The notes below the pieces were generated by a model, which searched no databases, was not told the DNA's origin, and saw only the letters and a list, made by a program, of their open reading frames with translations. The position numbers were made by a program, and so were the translations under genes. A DNA stretch of 64,000 bases, from assembly GCF_030384885.1 (NCBI RefSeq), contig NZ_CP128613.1, one strand, 5' to 3'. Shown piece after piece: positions 1 to 13,689 of this stretch (position 1 is the first letter of the stretch; each line of letters begins with the position of its first letter). The stretch comes from Escherichia coli. Lineage in GTDB: Bacteria > Pseudomonadota > Gammaproteobacteria > Enterobacterales > Enterobacteriaceae.

Positions 1-1085
1 CTGAACAACTTGTTTCGACACTAAGCCCGGCGCAAAAGCAACTGGTGGAAATTGCGCGGGTGATGAAAGGCGAGCCGCGCGTGGTCATTCTTGATGAACC
101 CACCAGCTCGCTTGCCAGTACGGAAGTTGAACTGGTAATCAGCGCCGTGAAAAAAATGTCAGCACTGGGCGTGGCGGTGATTTATGTCAGCCACCGGATG
201 GAAGAAATTCGCCGCATTGCCTCCTGTGCCACCGTTATGCGCGATGGTCAGGTGGCGGGCGATGTGATGCTCGAAAACACCTCAACCCGTCATATTGTGT
301 CGCTGATGCTCGGGCGCGATCACGTTGATCTTGCACCGGTTGTAGCTCAGGAGATTGCGGACCAGACCGTACTGGAAGTTCGCGCGTTACGCCACAGACC
401 AAAACTTACGGAGATCAGTTTTTCCCTGCGTCGTGGCGAAGTGCTCGGCATTGCTGGCCTGCTGGGGGCAGGGCGCAGTGAATTGCTGAAGGCGATTGTT
501 GGGCTGGAGACGTATGAACAGGGCGAAATTGTTATCAACGGCGAGAAAATCACGCGCCCCGATTACGGCGAGATGCTGAAACGCGGTATTGGCTATACGC
601 CAGAAAACCGCAAAGAAGCGGGGATCATTCCCTGGCTGGGCGTTGACGAAAATACGGTACTGACCAATCGGCAAAAAATCAGCGCCAACGGTGTGCTGCA
701 ATGGTCCACCATCCGCCGCCTGACCGAAGAGGTGATGCAGCGGATGACGGTCAAGGCAGCCAGTAGCGAAACGCCTATTGGCACGCTTTCTGGCGGCAAT
801 CAGCAAAAAGTGGTGATCGGTCGTTGGGTCTATGCCGCCAGCCAGATTTTATTGCTCGACGAGCCAACGCGCGGCGTCGATATCGAAGCCAAACAGCAGA
901 TTTACCGTATTGTCCGCGAGCTGGCTGCCGAAGGGAAAAGCGTGGTGTTTATCTCCAGTGAAGTGGAGGAGTTGCCGCTGGTGTGCGACCGCATCCTGTT
1001 GTTACAGCACGGCACGTTCTCGCAGGAGTTTCACTCGCCGGTCAATGTGGATGAGCTGATGTCCGCCATTCTGTCTGTGCACTGA
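1..1085 (+). CDS. yphE: Sugar-type ABC transporter ATP-binding protein, 5' end outside window (second nucleotide-binding domain visible)
   Basis: ORF 45..1085 is open to position 1 in the same frame; ABC signature LSGGNQQK and Walker B LLLDEPT in translation; followed by permease gene as in yphDEF cluster. Confidence 0.85.
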   Translation, partial: EQLVSTLSPAQKQLVEIARVMKGEPRVVILDEPTSSLASTEVELVISAVKKMSALGVAVIYVSHRMEEIRRIASCATVMRDGQVAGDVMLENTSTRHIVSLMLGRDHVDLAPVVAQEIADQTVLEVRALRHRPKLTEISFSLRRGEVLGIAGLLGAGRSELLKAIVGLETYEQGEIVINGEKITRPDYGEMLKRGIGYTPENRKEAGIIPWLGVDENTVLTNRQKISANGVLQWSTIRRLTEEVMQRMTVKAASSETPIGTLSGGNQQKVVIGRWVYAASQILLLDEPTRGVDIEAKQQIYRIVRELAAEGKSVVFISSEVEELPLVCDRILLLQHGTFSQEFHSPVNVDELMSAILSVH

Positions 1086-1109
1086 TGAATTTTACCGAGG
1101 AACCTGAAG

Positions 1110-2108
1110 ATGTCTGCTTCGTCATTATCATTGCCGCAGGGCAAGAGCGTCTCGCTCAAACAATTTGTCAGTCGCCATATTAATGAGATCGGTTTGCTGG
1201 TGGTGATTGCCATTCTTTATCTGGTCTTCTCTCTGAACGCGCCGGGTTTTATCTCATTGAATAACCAGATGAACGTGCTGCGCGATGCCGCCACCATTGG
1301 GATTGCCGCCTGGGCGATGACGCTGATTATTATCTCCGGTGAAATTGATGTCAGCGTTGGACCGATGGTGGCTTTTGTCTCGGTGTGCCTGGCATTTTTG
1401 CTGCAATTTGAGGTTCCGCTGGCGATTGCTTGTCTGCTGGTGTTGCTGTTAGGGGCGCTGATGGGAACGCTCGCCGGGGTACTGCGCGGCGTGTTTAACG
1501 TGCCAAGTTTCGTTGCCACGCTGGGGCTGTGGAGCGCCCTGCGCGGAATGGGGCTGTTTATGACTAACGCCCTGCCAGTGCCGATTGACGAAAACGAGGT
1601 ACTGGACTGGCTGGGGGGACAATTTCTCGGTGTGCCAGTATCCGCGCTGATCATGATGGTGTTGTTTGCGCTGTTTGTGTTCATTAGCCGCAAAACCGCC
1701 TTCGGGCGCTCGGTTTTTGCTGTTGGCGGTAATGCCACGGCGGCGCAGTTGTGCGGTATTAACGTTCGTCGGGTACGCATTCTTATTTTTACCCTTTCGG
1801 GATTATTAGCGGCGGTGACCGGCATTTTGTTGGCGGCGCGCCTCGGTTCTGGTAACGCAGGTGCCGCAAACGGTCTGGAGTTTGACGTCATCGCTGCGGT
1901 CGTGGTCGGCGGTACGGCACTTTCCGGCGGTCGCGGTTCCTTGTTCGGTACGTTGCTTGGTGTGCTGGTGATTACGCTAATCGGTAACGGTCTGGTGTTG
2001 CTCGGGATTAACTCTTTTTTCCAGCAGGTGGTGCGCGGCGTCATCATCGTGGTGGCGGTTCTGGCGAATATCTTGCTGACCCAGCGAAGCAGTAAAGCGA
2101 AACGCTAA
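1110..2108 (+). CDS. yphD: ABC transporter permease (sugar ABC, multi-TM)
   Basis: 332 aa hydrophobic ORF 25 bp downstream of ATPase gene; length and sequence match recalled YphD. Confidence 0.85.
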   Translation: MSASSLSLPQGKSVSLKQFVSRHINEIGLLVVIAILYLVFSLNAPGFISLNNQMNVLRDAATIGIAAWAMTLIIISGEIDVSVGPMVAFVSVCLAFLLQFEVPLAIACLLVLLLGALMGTLAGVLRGVFNVPSFVATLGLWSALRGMGLFMTNALPVPIDENEVLDWLGGQFLGVPVSALIMMVLFALFVFISRKTAFGRSVFAVGGNATAAQLCGINVRRVRILIFTLSGLLAAVTGILLAARLGSGNAGAANGLEFDVIAAVVVGGTALSGGRGSLFGTLLGVLVITLIGNGLVLLGINSFFQQVVRGVIIVVAVLANILLTQRSSKAKR

Positions 2109-2173
2109 ACCTTAACGCCCCTGGCGCGGGTGCGGCAGGGATGAAAATTAATCGTATTGTTAATGAGGGAATT

Positions 2174-3235
2174 ATGAAAACGATGCTGGCAGCTTATTTA
2201 CCAGGAAATTCGACCGTCGATCTGCGGGAAGTTGCGGTGCCGACACCGGGGATTAACCAGGTACTGATTAAAATGAAATCCTCCGGGATTTGCGGAAGCG
2301 ATGTCCACTATATCTATCATCAACACCGCGCCACAGCGGCGGCTCCCGATAAACCGTTATACCAGGGATTTATCAACGGTCATGAACCGTGCGGGCAAAT
2401 TGTGGCGATGGGGCAAGGTTGTCGCCATTTTAAAGAGGGCGACCGCGTGCTGGTGTATCACATTTCTGGCTGTGGTTTTTGCCCGAACTGCCGTCGCGGT
2501 TTTCCTATCTCTTGTACTGGCGAAGGAAAAGCTGCTTACGGCTGGCAGCGTGACGGCGGTCATGCTGAATATCTGCTGGCGGAAGAAAAAGATCTGATCC
2601 TCCTGCCGGATGCGTTGAGCTACGAAGATGGTGCGTTTATCAGTTGTGGCGTTGGCACAGCGTATGAAGGGATTTTGCGTGGCGAAGTTTCCGGCAGTGA
2701 TAACGTGCTGGTGGTCGGTCTGGGGCCGGTCGGCATGATGGCGATGATGCTGGCGAAAGGTCGCGGTGCAAAAAGGATCATCGGCGTTGATATGCTGCCG
2801 GAACGTCTGGCGATGGCGAAACAGTTAGGGGTGATGGATCATGGTTATTTAGCAACCACTGAAGGTCTGCCGCAGATTATCGCCGAACTTACCCACGGCG
2901 GCGCGGATGTTGCGCTCGATTGTTCCGGTAATGCCGCAGGTCGCTTACTGGCTTTGCAATCCACCGCTGACTGGGGACGCGTGGTTTACATCGGAGAAAC
3001 CGGAAAAGTCGAGTTCGAGGTTAGCGCCGACCTGATGCACCATCAACGGCGGATTATTGGCTCCTGGGTGACCAGTTTGTTCCATATGGAAAAATGTGCC
3101 CATGATTTGACTGACTGGAAACTGTGGCCGCGTAACGCCATTACCCACCGCTTCACGCTGGAACAGGCAGCTGATGCCTATGCGCTGATGGCGAGCGGCA
3201 AATGCGGGAAAGTTGTGATTAACTTCCCGGATTAA
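2174..3235 (+). CDS. yphC: Zn-dependent alcohol/sorbitol-dehydrogenase family oxidoreductase (MDR)
   Basis: GHEPCGQ zinc-binding motif and GLGPVG Rossmann motif; ATG at 2174 preceded by GAGGGA RBS (ORF track start 2141 is probably upstream of true start). Confidence 0.85.
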   Translation: MKTMLAAYLPGNSTVDLREVAVPTPGINQVLIKMKSSGICGSDVHYIYHQHRATAAAPDKPLYQGFINGHEPCGQIVAMGQGCRHFKEGDRVLVYHISGCGFCPNCRRGFPISCTGEGKAAYGWQRDGGHAEYLLAEEKDLILLPDALSYEDGAFISCGVGTAYEGILRGEVSGSDNVLVVGLGPVGMMAMMLAKGRGAKRIIGVDMLPERLAMAKQLGVMDHGYLATTEGLPQIIAELTHGGADVALDCSGNAAGRLLALQSTADWGRVVYIGETGKVEFEVSADLMHHQRRIIGSWVTSLFHMEKCAHDLTDWKLWPRNAITHRFTLEQAADAYALMASGKCGKVVINFPD

Positions 3236-3246
3236 GGAGTCAGCGG

Positions 3247-4119
3247 ATGACCATCTATACCTTATCTCACGGGCCGCTAAAGCTGGACGTTTCTGACCGG
3301 GGCGGCGTCATCGAAGGCTTCTGGCGTGACGTGACGCCGCTCTTACGTCCCGGTAAAAAAAGCGGTGTGGCAACCGATGCCTCTTGTTTTCCGCTGGTGC
3401 CGTTTGCAAACCGGGTGAGCGGCAACCATTTTGTCTGGCAGGGGCGTGAGTATCAACTGCAACCGAATATTGAATGGGATGCGCACTATCTGCACGGCGA
3501 CGGCTGGCTGGGCGAGTGGCAATGTGTCTCGCGCAGCGATGAAAGCTTGTGTCTGGTATATGAACATCGCACAGGTATTTATCAGTATCGGGTAAGTCAG
3601 GCGTTTCATTTAACGGCAGATACGCTGACGGTGACGCTCTCTGTCACCAACCAAGGGACAGAGACGCTGCCATTTGGTACCGGCTGGCATCCTTATTTTC
3701 CGTTGTCACCACAAACGCGGATTCAGGCGCAGGCGAGCGGTTACTGGCTGGAGCGGGAGCAGTGGCTGGCGGGTGAGTTTTGCGAGCAGCTACCGCAGGA
3801 GCTGGATTTCAACCAGCTCGCGCCGTTGCCGCACCAGTGGGTGAACAATGGCTTTGCCGGATGGAATGGTCAGGCCCGCATTGAGCAGCCGCAGGAGGGT
3901 TATGCCATCATCATGGAAACGACGCCGCCTGCACCATGTTATTTCATCTTTGTTTCCGATCCGGCGTTTGATAAAGGATATGCGTTTGATTTCTTCTGTC
4001 TGGAACCGATGAGCCATGCGCCGGATGACCATCATCGTCCGGAAGGAGGTGACCTCATTGCGCTTGCTCCGGGGGAATCAATAACGTCAGAGATGTCGTT
4101 GCGGATTGCGTTACTGTAA
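3247..4119 (+). CDS. yphB: Aldose 1-epimerase family protein
   Basis: 290 aa ORF, conserved position after yphC. Confidence 0.8.
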   Translation: MTIYTLSHGPLKLDVSDRGGVIEGFWRDVTPLLRPGKKSGVATDASCFPLVPFANRVSGNHFVWQGREYQLQPNIEWDAHYLHGDGWLGEWQCVSRSDESLCLVYEHRTGIYQYRVSQAFHLTADTLTVTLSVTNQGTETLPFGTGWHPYFPLSPQTRIQAQASGYWLEREQWLAGEFCEQLPQELDFNQLAPLPHQWVNNGFAGWNGQARIEQPQEGYAIIMETTPPAPCYFIFVSDPAFDKGYAFDFFCLEPMSHAPDDHHRPEGGDLIALAPGESITSEMSLRIALL

Positions 4120-4129
4120 TTTATAAAAT

Positions 4130-4160
4130 GCCGGATAAGGCGTTCACGCCGCATCCGGCA
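4130..4160. repeat. REP (repetitive extragenic palindrome) element between convergent yphB and yphA
   Basis: gccggataaggcgttcacgccgcatccggca imperfect palindrome typical of E. coli REP. Confidence 0.6.
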
Positions 4161-4165
4161 TGTTT

Positions 4166-4588
4166 TTAACGCCGATCGAGAGAAATTGCCCCCGGCCCGG
4201 TAATTGCCAACAGCAGGAATGCGCCAGCGATACTGACATTCTTCCAGAAATTAATCATATTTGGCCCAACCGCATCGCCGGTCATATCCCAGTAATGGTG
4301 ACCAATCACCGCCGTACCCAGCGTGTAGAAAATAAACAGCACCGCCAGCGGACGGGTGAAAAAGCCAAGTACGATTAAAATCGCGGCGGGCACTTCCATA
4401 ACTACCGCAATAATCGCTGCCAGCATCGGCATTGGCGCGCCCAGCGAGGCCATATATTGGACCGTACCGTCAAAGCCCATCATTTTGGGAAAACCAAAAA
4501 TAATGAAAATTAAGACCACGGCGATACGGGCAATTAATAACAAAACGGGGCGGGCAGCACCAAAATCAAAATAACGTAGTGTGTTCAT
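4166..4588 (-). CDS. yphA: DoxX-family inner membrane protein
   Basis: Hydrophobic 140 aa product from ATG at 4588 (MNTLRYFDF...); the track ORF extends 15 codons further upstream. Confidence 0.8.
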
Positions 4589-4684
4589 AACCAATCCCTT
4601 TGCAAGATAATGTGATTTAAACGTAATACACACTCTGGTACCTCGCCACGCCCCAGGCGTTGAGATATTCGCTAATTATCCTGG

Positions 4685-5896
<1,212 letters not shown>

Positions 5897-6709
5897 TTAA
5901 AGATCCAGCCCAGCCGCTACGTGGCGAATGCCGCGAATCGCTAAACCTGCATCAGCGTTGATCATCACACCGCTTAATGCGCGATTATTGCGCCGCGATG
6001 CCAACATCACATACGGACCCGTAAAATCCGCCGGTTGCGGGAAAAATTGCAGCGGTAATATGGCGGCAATTTTCTCCGGCGTCAGAGACTGCATTATCGA
6101 GGTTTCACTTTGCCCGAGCGCCTGTGGGCCGCGCAGGTCGCTGGCCATACCACACGGGCCGACGCCGTTCACCCGCACTTTCGGTGCCAGTTCATAAGCC
6201 AGTTGGCGAATAAGTCCGGTTGCGGCATGTTTACTGGCGGTGTACAGCGGGCCACCGCCGCCGGGATACCAGGCGGCATTTGACAGTGTGAAAATCATGC
6301 TGCCTTCACTGGCGATTAACGCCGGAGCGCAGGCTTTTGCGCCCAGCAGGTAACCGAGTACGTTGACGTTAAACAGCTCGTGGAAGCCGGTTTCGAGCGT
6401 CTCTGCGGGAGTATTAACCAGTGAGGCATTGTGATCCCAGATGCCCGCATTGCCGATAAAACAATCCAGCTTGCCAGAACGAGTCAGGATCTGATCGACC
6501 GCGCGTTGATAATCGGCATAGCAGGTCACGTTACCTTCCACCGCCAGAATATGTTCGCCAAATCGCTGACGCAGACTGGCGACTTTTGCCGCCGACAGTT
6601 CCAGCGTGGCAACCTGCGCACCTTCTTCGATAAATCGCTCGACCAGTGCCAGTCCTAATCCCGATCCGCCACCAGTAATAAAGATGGACTCGTTATGCAG
6701 ATCGCTCAT
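5897..6709 (-). CDS. hcaB: 2,3-dihydroxy-2,3-dihydrophenylpropionate dehydrogenase (SDR)
   Basis: 270 aa; [11 protein letters not shown] cofactor motif; 4-nt overlap with hcaC. Confidence 0.9.
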
Positions 6710-7025
6710 GGCTGCGCCTCCGGTAAGTCGATGAAGATATCACCACCTTCAACGTGTACTGGATAAGTGGTTAGCGGATCGGTGGCGGGCAGGCATAACG
6801 CTTTCCCCGTTTTCAGGCAAAAACTGGCGGCGTGCAGTGGGCACTCTACCGTAGCATCATCTTCCAGATACCCTTCTGACATCGACGCATTACCATGGCT
6901 GCAACGATCGTTAATGGCATAAAACTCGCCGCCAACGTTGAACAGGGCGATGACGGGCGAGGTATCGATCCGGAGAGCCTCACCCTCCGGCACATCCGCA
7001 ACGGGACACGCATAAATTCGATTCA

Positions 7026-7026
<1 letters not shown>
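6706..7026 (-). CDS. hcaC: Rieske-type ferredoxin subunit of 3-phenylpropionate dioxygenase
   Basis: 106 aa; Rieske CSH...CPLH motif. Confidence 0.9.
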
Positions 7027-8938
<1,912 letters not shown>

Positions 8939-9037
8939 CTATTTTTGTGCCATAAGGATGTTGCTGGTTGGTTGCTGATATGTGAAATAGTTAATTTCTA
9001 CCAACTGAGACGTTTTTTCGATAACAAGGGGAAGGTG

Positions 9038-9928
9038 ATGGAACTACGGCATTTACGCTATTTCGTCGCAGTGGCGCAGGCACTGAACTTTACCCGTGCG
9101 GCGGAAAAACTGCATACCTCACAGCCTTCGTTAAGCAGCCAGATCCGCGATCTCGAAAACTGTGTTGGTGTTCCGCTACTGGTACGTGATAAACGTAAAG
9201 TCGCGTTGACGGCGGCGGGAGAATGTTTTCTCCAGGACGCGCAGGCAATCCTGGAACAAGCGGAAAAGGCCAAACAACGGGCGCGGAAAATTGTTCAGGA
9301 AGATAAGCATTTAATCATCGGTTTTGTGCCATCGGCGGAAGTGAATTTACTGCCAAAAGTATTGCCCATGTTCCGACTGAAACAGCCAGAAACTTTGATC
9401 GAATTGGTGAGTTTAATTACCACGGAACAGGAAGAAAAAATTCGCCGTGGTGAACTGGATGTCGGCTTAATGCGCCATCCTGTTTATAGCCCGGAGATTG
9501 ATTATCTGGAACTTTTTGACGAACCATTAGTGGTGGTGTTGCCGGTTGATCATCCTTTAGCACAAGAAAAAGAGATCACCGCCGCGCAGCTGGATGGCGT
9601 GAATTTCGTTAGTACCGATCCGGCGTATTCCGGTTCGCTTGCGCCGATCGTTAAGGAGTGGTTTGCGCAAGAAAACAGCCAGCCGAATATCGTCCAGGTG
9701 GCAACCAATATTCTGGTAACGATGAATTTGGTGGGGATGGGGCTTGGCGTAACTTTGATACCCGGTTATATGAATAATTTTAATACCGGGCAGGTGGTAT
9801 TTCGGCCAATTGCCGGAAATGTGCCTTCCATTGCCCTACTAATGGCGTGGAAGAAAGGCGAAATGAAACCGGCATTACGCGATTTCATCGCCATTGTGCA
9901 GGAACGTTTGGCAAGCGTAACGGCATAA
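9038..9928 (+). CDS. hcaR: LysR-family transcriptional activator of hca operon
   Basis: 296 aa from ATG at 9038 (MELRHLRYFVAVAQ... LysR HTH), preceded by GGGGAAGG RBS; divergent from hcaE. Confidence 0.9.
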   Translation: MELRHLRYFVAVAQALNFTRAAEKLHTSQPSLSSQIRDLENCVGVPLLVRDKRKVALTAAGECFLQDAQAILEQAEKAKQRARKIVQEDKHLIIGFVPSAEVNLLPKVLPMFRLKQPETLIELVSLITTEQEEKIRRGELDVGLMRHPVYSPEIDYLELFDEPLVVVLPVDHPLAQEKEITAAQLDGVNFVSTDPAYSGSLAPIVKEWFAQENSQPNIVQVATNILVTMNLVGMGLGVTLIPGYMNNFNTGQVVFRPIAGNVPSIALLMAWKKGEMKPALRDFIAIVQERLASVTA

Positions 9929-10088
9929 ATACGCAATAATTTTGCAAGGTGCGTTGTGGGGCGCAGCTTTTTTAGTGCTTGCGAACAGGCGTTACAGACA
10001 TCGGGAAGCAGGCTCGAATATTCTTATTTTTCAACTTGCACCAACATTCGATTAACCCCAGACTAACGCCTCCTGACGGGAGGGACTC

Positions 10089-11228
10089 ATGGTTTTGCAA
10101 TCCACGCGCTGGTTGGCGCTCGGTTATTTCACATACTTTTTTAGTTACGGCATTTTTCTACCTTTCTGGAGCGTCTGGCTTAAGGGGATTGGCTTAACGC
10201 CAGAAACTATCGGCCTGTTATTGGGGGCTGGTCTGGTTGCCCGTTTTCTCGGGAGTTTGATCATCGCGCCCCGCGTTAGCGATCCTTCCCGCCTGATTTC
10301 CGCCTTGCGCGTACTGGCACTGCTGACACTTCTCTTTGCTGTCGCCTTCTGGGCGGGGGCGCATGTAGCGTGGTTGATGGTGGTGATGATTGGCTTTAAC
10401 CTCTTTTTCTCACCGCTGGTACCGTTGACCGATGCACTGGCGAATACATGGCAAAAACAGTTCCCGCTTGATTACGGCAAAGTGCGACTGTGGGGCTCGG
10501 TGGCGTTTGTCATTGGCTCGGCGCTGACAGGTAAACTGGTCAGTATGTTGGATTATCGGGTGATCCTCGCGCTGTTGACGTTGGGCGTGGCGTCCATGCT
10601 GCTCGGATTTCTCATTCGTCCAACGATTCAGCCACAAGGGGCTAGCCGTCAGCAGGAGAGCACGGGAGGGCCAGCCTGGCTGACACTGGTCCGCCAGAAC
10701 TGGCGCTTTCTGGCCTGCGTTTGTTTATTACAGGGAGCGCATGCAGCTTATTACGGTTTTAGCGCTATTTACTGGCAGGCAGCTGGGTATTCTGCTTCAG
10801 CGGTGGGCTATTTGTGGTCGCTGGGCGTGGTGGCGGAAGTCATTATTTTTGCGCTGAGTAATAAACTTTTCCGCCGTTGTAGTGCACGCGATATGCTGCT
10901 GATCTCGGCGATTAGCGGCGTAATGCGCTGGGGAATTATGGGAGCAACGACGGCGTTGCCGTGGTTGATAGTAGTGCAAATTCTGCATTGCGGCACCTTC
11001 ACGGTCTGCCACCTGGCGGCCATGCGTTATATTGCCGCCCGCCAGGGTAGCGAAGTCATTCGTTTGCAGGCGGTTTACTCTGCCGTTGCAATGGGCGGTA
11101 GTATCGCCATCATGACCGTCTTCGCCGGTTTCCTGTATCAATATCTGGGCCACGGCGTGTTCTGGGTGATGGCGCTGGTGGCGCTTCCGGCAATGTTCTT
11201 GCGCCCGAAAGTTGTTCCCTCATGCTGA
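10089..11228 (+). CDS. hcaT: MFS transporter (putative 3-phenylpropionate transporter)
   Basis: 379 aa multi-TM ORF downstream of hcaR. Confidence 0.85.
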   Translation: MVLQSTRWLALGYFTYFFSYGIFLPFWSVWLKGIGLTPETIGLLLGAGLVARFLGSLIIAPRVSDPSRLISALRVLALLTLLFAVAFWAGAHVAWLMVVMIGFNLFFSPLVPLTDALANTWQKQFPLDYGKVRLWGSVAFVIGSALTGKLVSMLDYRVILALLTLGVASMLLGFLIRPTIQPQGASRQQESTGGPAWLTLVRQNWRFLACVCLLQGAHAAYYGFSAIYWQAAGYSASAVGYLWSLGVVAEVIIFALSNKLFRRCSARDMLLISAISGVMRWGIMGATTALPWLIVVQILHCGTFTVCHLAAMRYIAARQGSEVIRLQAVYSAVAMGGSIAIMTVFAGFLYQYLGHGVFWVMALVALPAMFLRPKVVPSC

Positions 11229-12500
11229 TTCGAGCATTTTGCGGATCTGATCCTGTTGGTGTGTTGTCGGCGTCAGATCTGTGTAGATCAGCGGTGGTGA
11301 AAAGAGCGGTAACGGCGTGGTGTAAGGCGCAATAATCAGTGCCGCGCCGCGTGGAGCACCTCTCTGCAAAAATGCTTTCACCGACATATGCTTAATGTTG
11401 AGCGGCAGTAACGTTAGTTCACGTAACTGCTGCTCAATCTGCGCTTCACGCTCGCTATCATTCCCGGTCAGTAGAATAATCTGTTTTTCATGCAGGTCGT
11501 TTTCCTGCATTAGCCAGGCACCGAAAATCACCGCGACCAGACCGCTTTCCTCATCAGAAAGATGGACGCTGTATTCACTTTCAAATCCGGTCAGCGCCGC
11601 GCGGGTGGTGCGCACCAGGCGTGGGTACAGTCTGGAGAACTCTTCTGGCAGGGTGTTATCAATACCGATGGCAAACAAACTGCGATTTAACGCCTGGGCG
11701 AGGTGAGTATAAAGCTGATCGCATAACCCCTGTTCATCATAAAAACGAACATTTCCCAGCTCACGAAAATGGTTTACCAGACGTTTGATAGACTGACGCA
11801 ATTGTCTGTCCCGCTGATGCGCATCCCGAATTGGATCGGGAACTCGCAACATGGAAAAAAGTAATGCCATAAATAGTGGCTCATCAGGCGGTACAGGCTG
11901 AAGCGCCCGACGCTGCCAGTGGCGTCCAATTTCCTGCGCTACCTGAAATTCCAGGCAGGATTCTGCCCAGCGACGTTGGAGCGGATTAAACTGAGGCGTA
12001 ATGCCAGCGTGGTGTTGCAGCAAGCAATATTGCAGATACAGACACAGGAAATGAATATCGCGCGTTTCAAAGCGTTTTTGCAGCCGTCGGGAGCAGAGAT
12101 TCACTAACGCTTGTAGATTGGTATCGTCGTAAAAGTTACGCGCAATTCCGCGCCGCTTCAGTTCACTCTTCAGGGCGGGGGTGAAATGGCTGGTAATAAA
12201 TGACGGACACAGACGGAAACCACGTCGTAGCCAGTGAAATAAACACAAACGTTGGTTAAGCACTGTGCCTTCAACCCGGTAGCTACCGTCATAACCAGTA
12301 GTCAGTGTGAGTTGATGATAGCGCAGGATCTCCCGTCCTGTTTCGCTGATATCAAGACTGGCAATATCATCATCCACACCATTAAGCTCGCTGAAAGTTG
12401 CCGTGGTGGCGGTCAACCCCGGCTGAAAGAGTGTCAGCAAGATCTGGCAGCGGCGCTGGGGAGCCGAAAGGACAGATGGTGAAGCAAGCGTAGGCATCAT
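11220..12500 (-). CDS. csiE: Stationary-phase inducible protein CsiE (PRD-domain protein)
   Basis: 426 aa from tandem ATG at 12500 (MMPTLASPSVL...); 3' end overlaps hcaT 3' end by 9 bp (convergent). Confidence 0.85.
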   Translation of the reverse strand: MMPTLASPSVLSAPQRRCQILLTLFQPGLTATTATFSELNGVDDDIASLDISETGREILRYHQLTLTTGYDGSYRVEGTVLNQRLCLFHWLRRGFRLCPSFITSHFTPALKSELKRRGIARNFYDDTNLQALVNLCSRRLQKRFETRDIHFLCLYLQYCLLQHHAGITPQFNPLQRRWAESCLEFQVAQEIGRHWQRRALQPVPPDEPLFMALLFSMLRVPDPIRDAHQRDRQLRQSIKRLVNHFRELGNVRFYDEQGLCDQLYTHLAQALNRSLFAIGIDNTLPEEFSRLYPRLVRTTRAALTGFESEYSVHLSDEESGLVAVIFGAWLMQENDLHEKQIILLTGNDSEREAQIEQQLRELTLLPLNIKHMSVKAFLQRGAPRGAALIIAPYTTPLPLFSPPLIYTDLTPTTHQQDQIRKMLESA

Positions 12501-12658
12501 CTGTAGATCTCCCATAAGCATAATTGATAAGAATAGCTAAAGTTTGCCCAGGGAAATGGCGAAGGGAATGCTAATCATCAGAAATGTTGGCAAGCGTCAC
12601 AGAATTTTTCTCATCTTAAACCGTTCTTACCAGTGTATTAGCTCGTCTAAAGGTGGAT

Positions 12659-12680
12659 TTGTGAATGATTATCGTGCTAG
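12659..12680. promoter_or_regulatory. CRP-like half-palindrome upstream of csiE (tentative)
   Basis: tgtgaatgattatcgtg resembles TGTGA-N6-TCACA with two mismatches in right arm; csiE is known to be cAMP-CRP/sigmaS dependent. Confidence 0.25.
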
Positions 12681-12690
12681 CGATCATGGG

Positions 12691-13545
12691 TTAGTTGTGC
12701 GGATTCAACGTGCTAAGGATAAAATCCACTATTTGTTCGCGATAAACATCACCGTGACGATCGGAAAAAGCATCAATGTGTTCGCCGTCAGGGATTAAGA
12801 TTAAACGTTTTGGCTCTTTTGCCAGATCATACAACTTTTGGCTGTGCTGCCATGGGATAACGTGATCGGCCTTACCGTGAATGAGTAAAACTGGGATCGG
12901 GCTGACGCTGGCGATGTAATTTTCGCCGCTGTAACTCTCATCAAGTAAGTAGCCACTGCCGGGGATCATCTGGTTGGCAATGGTTGCATAAGAGGCAAAT
13001 GTGGAGTCGAGGATCACTGCACGTATGCCCTCACGATCACCCTGACCAACAACATCAAGAATATTCGCCCCGCCAATACTCTGCCCGAACAGTACCAGTC
13101 GTTGTGGGTTTACATCACTGCGATGGCGCACCACATTGATGGCACTTAGCGTATCGTCCAGCAATCCGGCCTGAGACGGCGTGCCTTTTGATTTACCAAA
13201 CCCGCGATAATCAAACATAAAAACGTTGAAATTACGCTCAGGTAACCAACTGACCAGCGGCCAGTGGGCGGACATATTTCCGGCATTGCCGTGAGCATGA
13301 ATGATGGTTGCGATGGCGTTGTCAGCGGGGCCTGTCGAAGAAGGGATAAACCAGCCTTGCAGACGAGTACCGTCCTTAGCTGTAAATTCGACGGATTCCG
13401 CCGACCAGGGGTCGGGACCGTAAATTTTGTCGTCGGGATAATAGAAGAAGTTGATGGCAACGCGCGGCACTAAATAAACGCAGAAGGCAACAACAAAGAG
13501 AATAAGCAGAATTTTGAGAACGCGTGTGTTCACTGGCAGTGCCAT
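12691..13545 (-). CDS. yfhR: Alpha/beta-hydrolase (S9/dienelactone hydrolase-like) membrane-anchored protein
   Basis: 284 aa from ATG at 13545; N-terminal TM helix; hydrolase motif GQSIGG. Confidence 0.8.
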   Translation of the reverse strand: MALPVNTRVLKILLILFVVAFCVYLVPRVAINFFYYPDDKIYGPDPWSAESVEFTAKDGTRLQGWFIPSSTGPADNAIATIIHAHGNAGNMSAHWPLVSWLPERNFNVFMFDYRGFGKSKGTPSQAGLLDDTLSAINVVRHRSDVNPQRLVLFGQSIGGANILDVVGQGDREGIRAVILDSTFASYATIANQMIPGSGYLLDESYSGENYIASVSPIPVLLIHGKADHVIPWQHSQKLYDLAKEPKRLILIPDGEHIDAFSDRHGDVYREQIVDFILSTLNPHN

Positions 13546-13689
13546 AACCTTTCCTTGCGACTTCTTTATCATCCATTAATCGGGGAAAGATGGTGGGAGA
13601 GTGACGAAAGAAAGTAAAGCAGTGAGGAAGCATTTCGGAATAGCGCCTGAAAGGCGAGGGCGGGTGAGAGAAATCACCCGCCAGAGAAA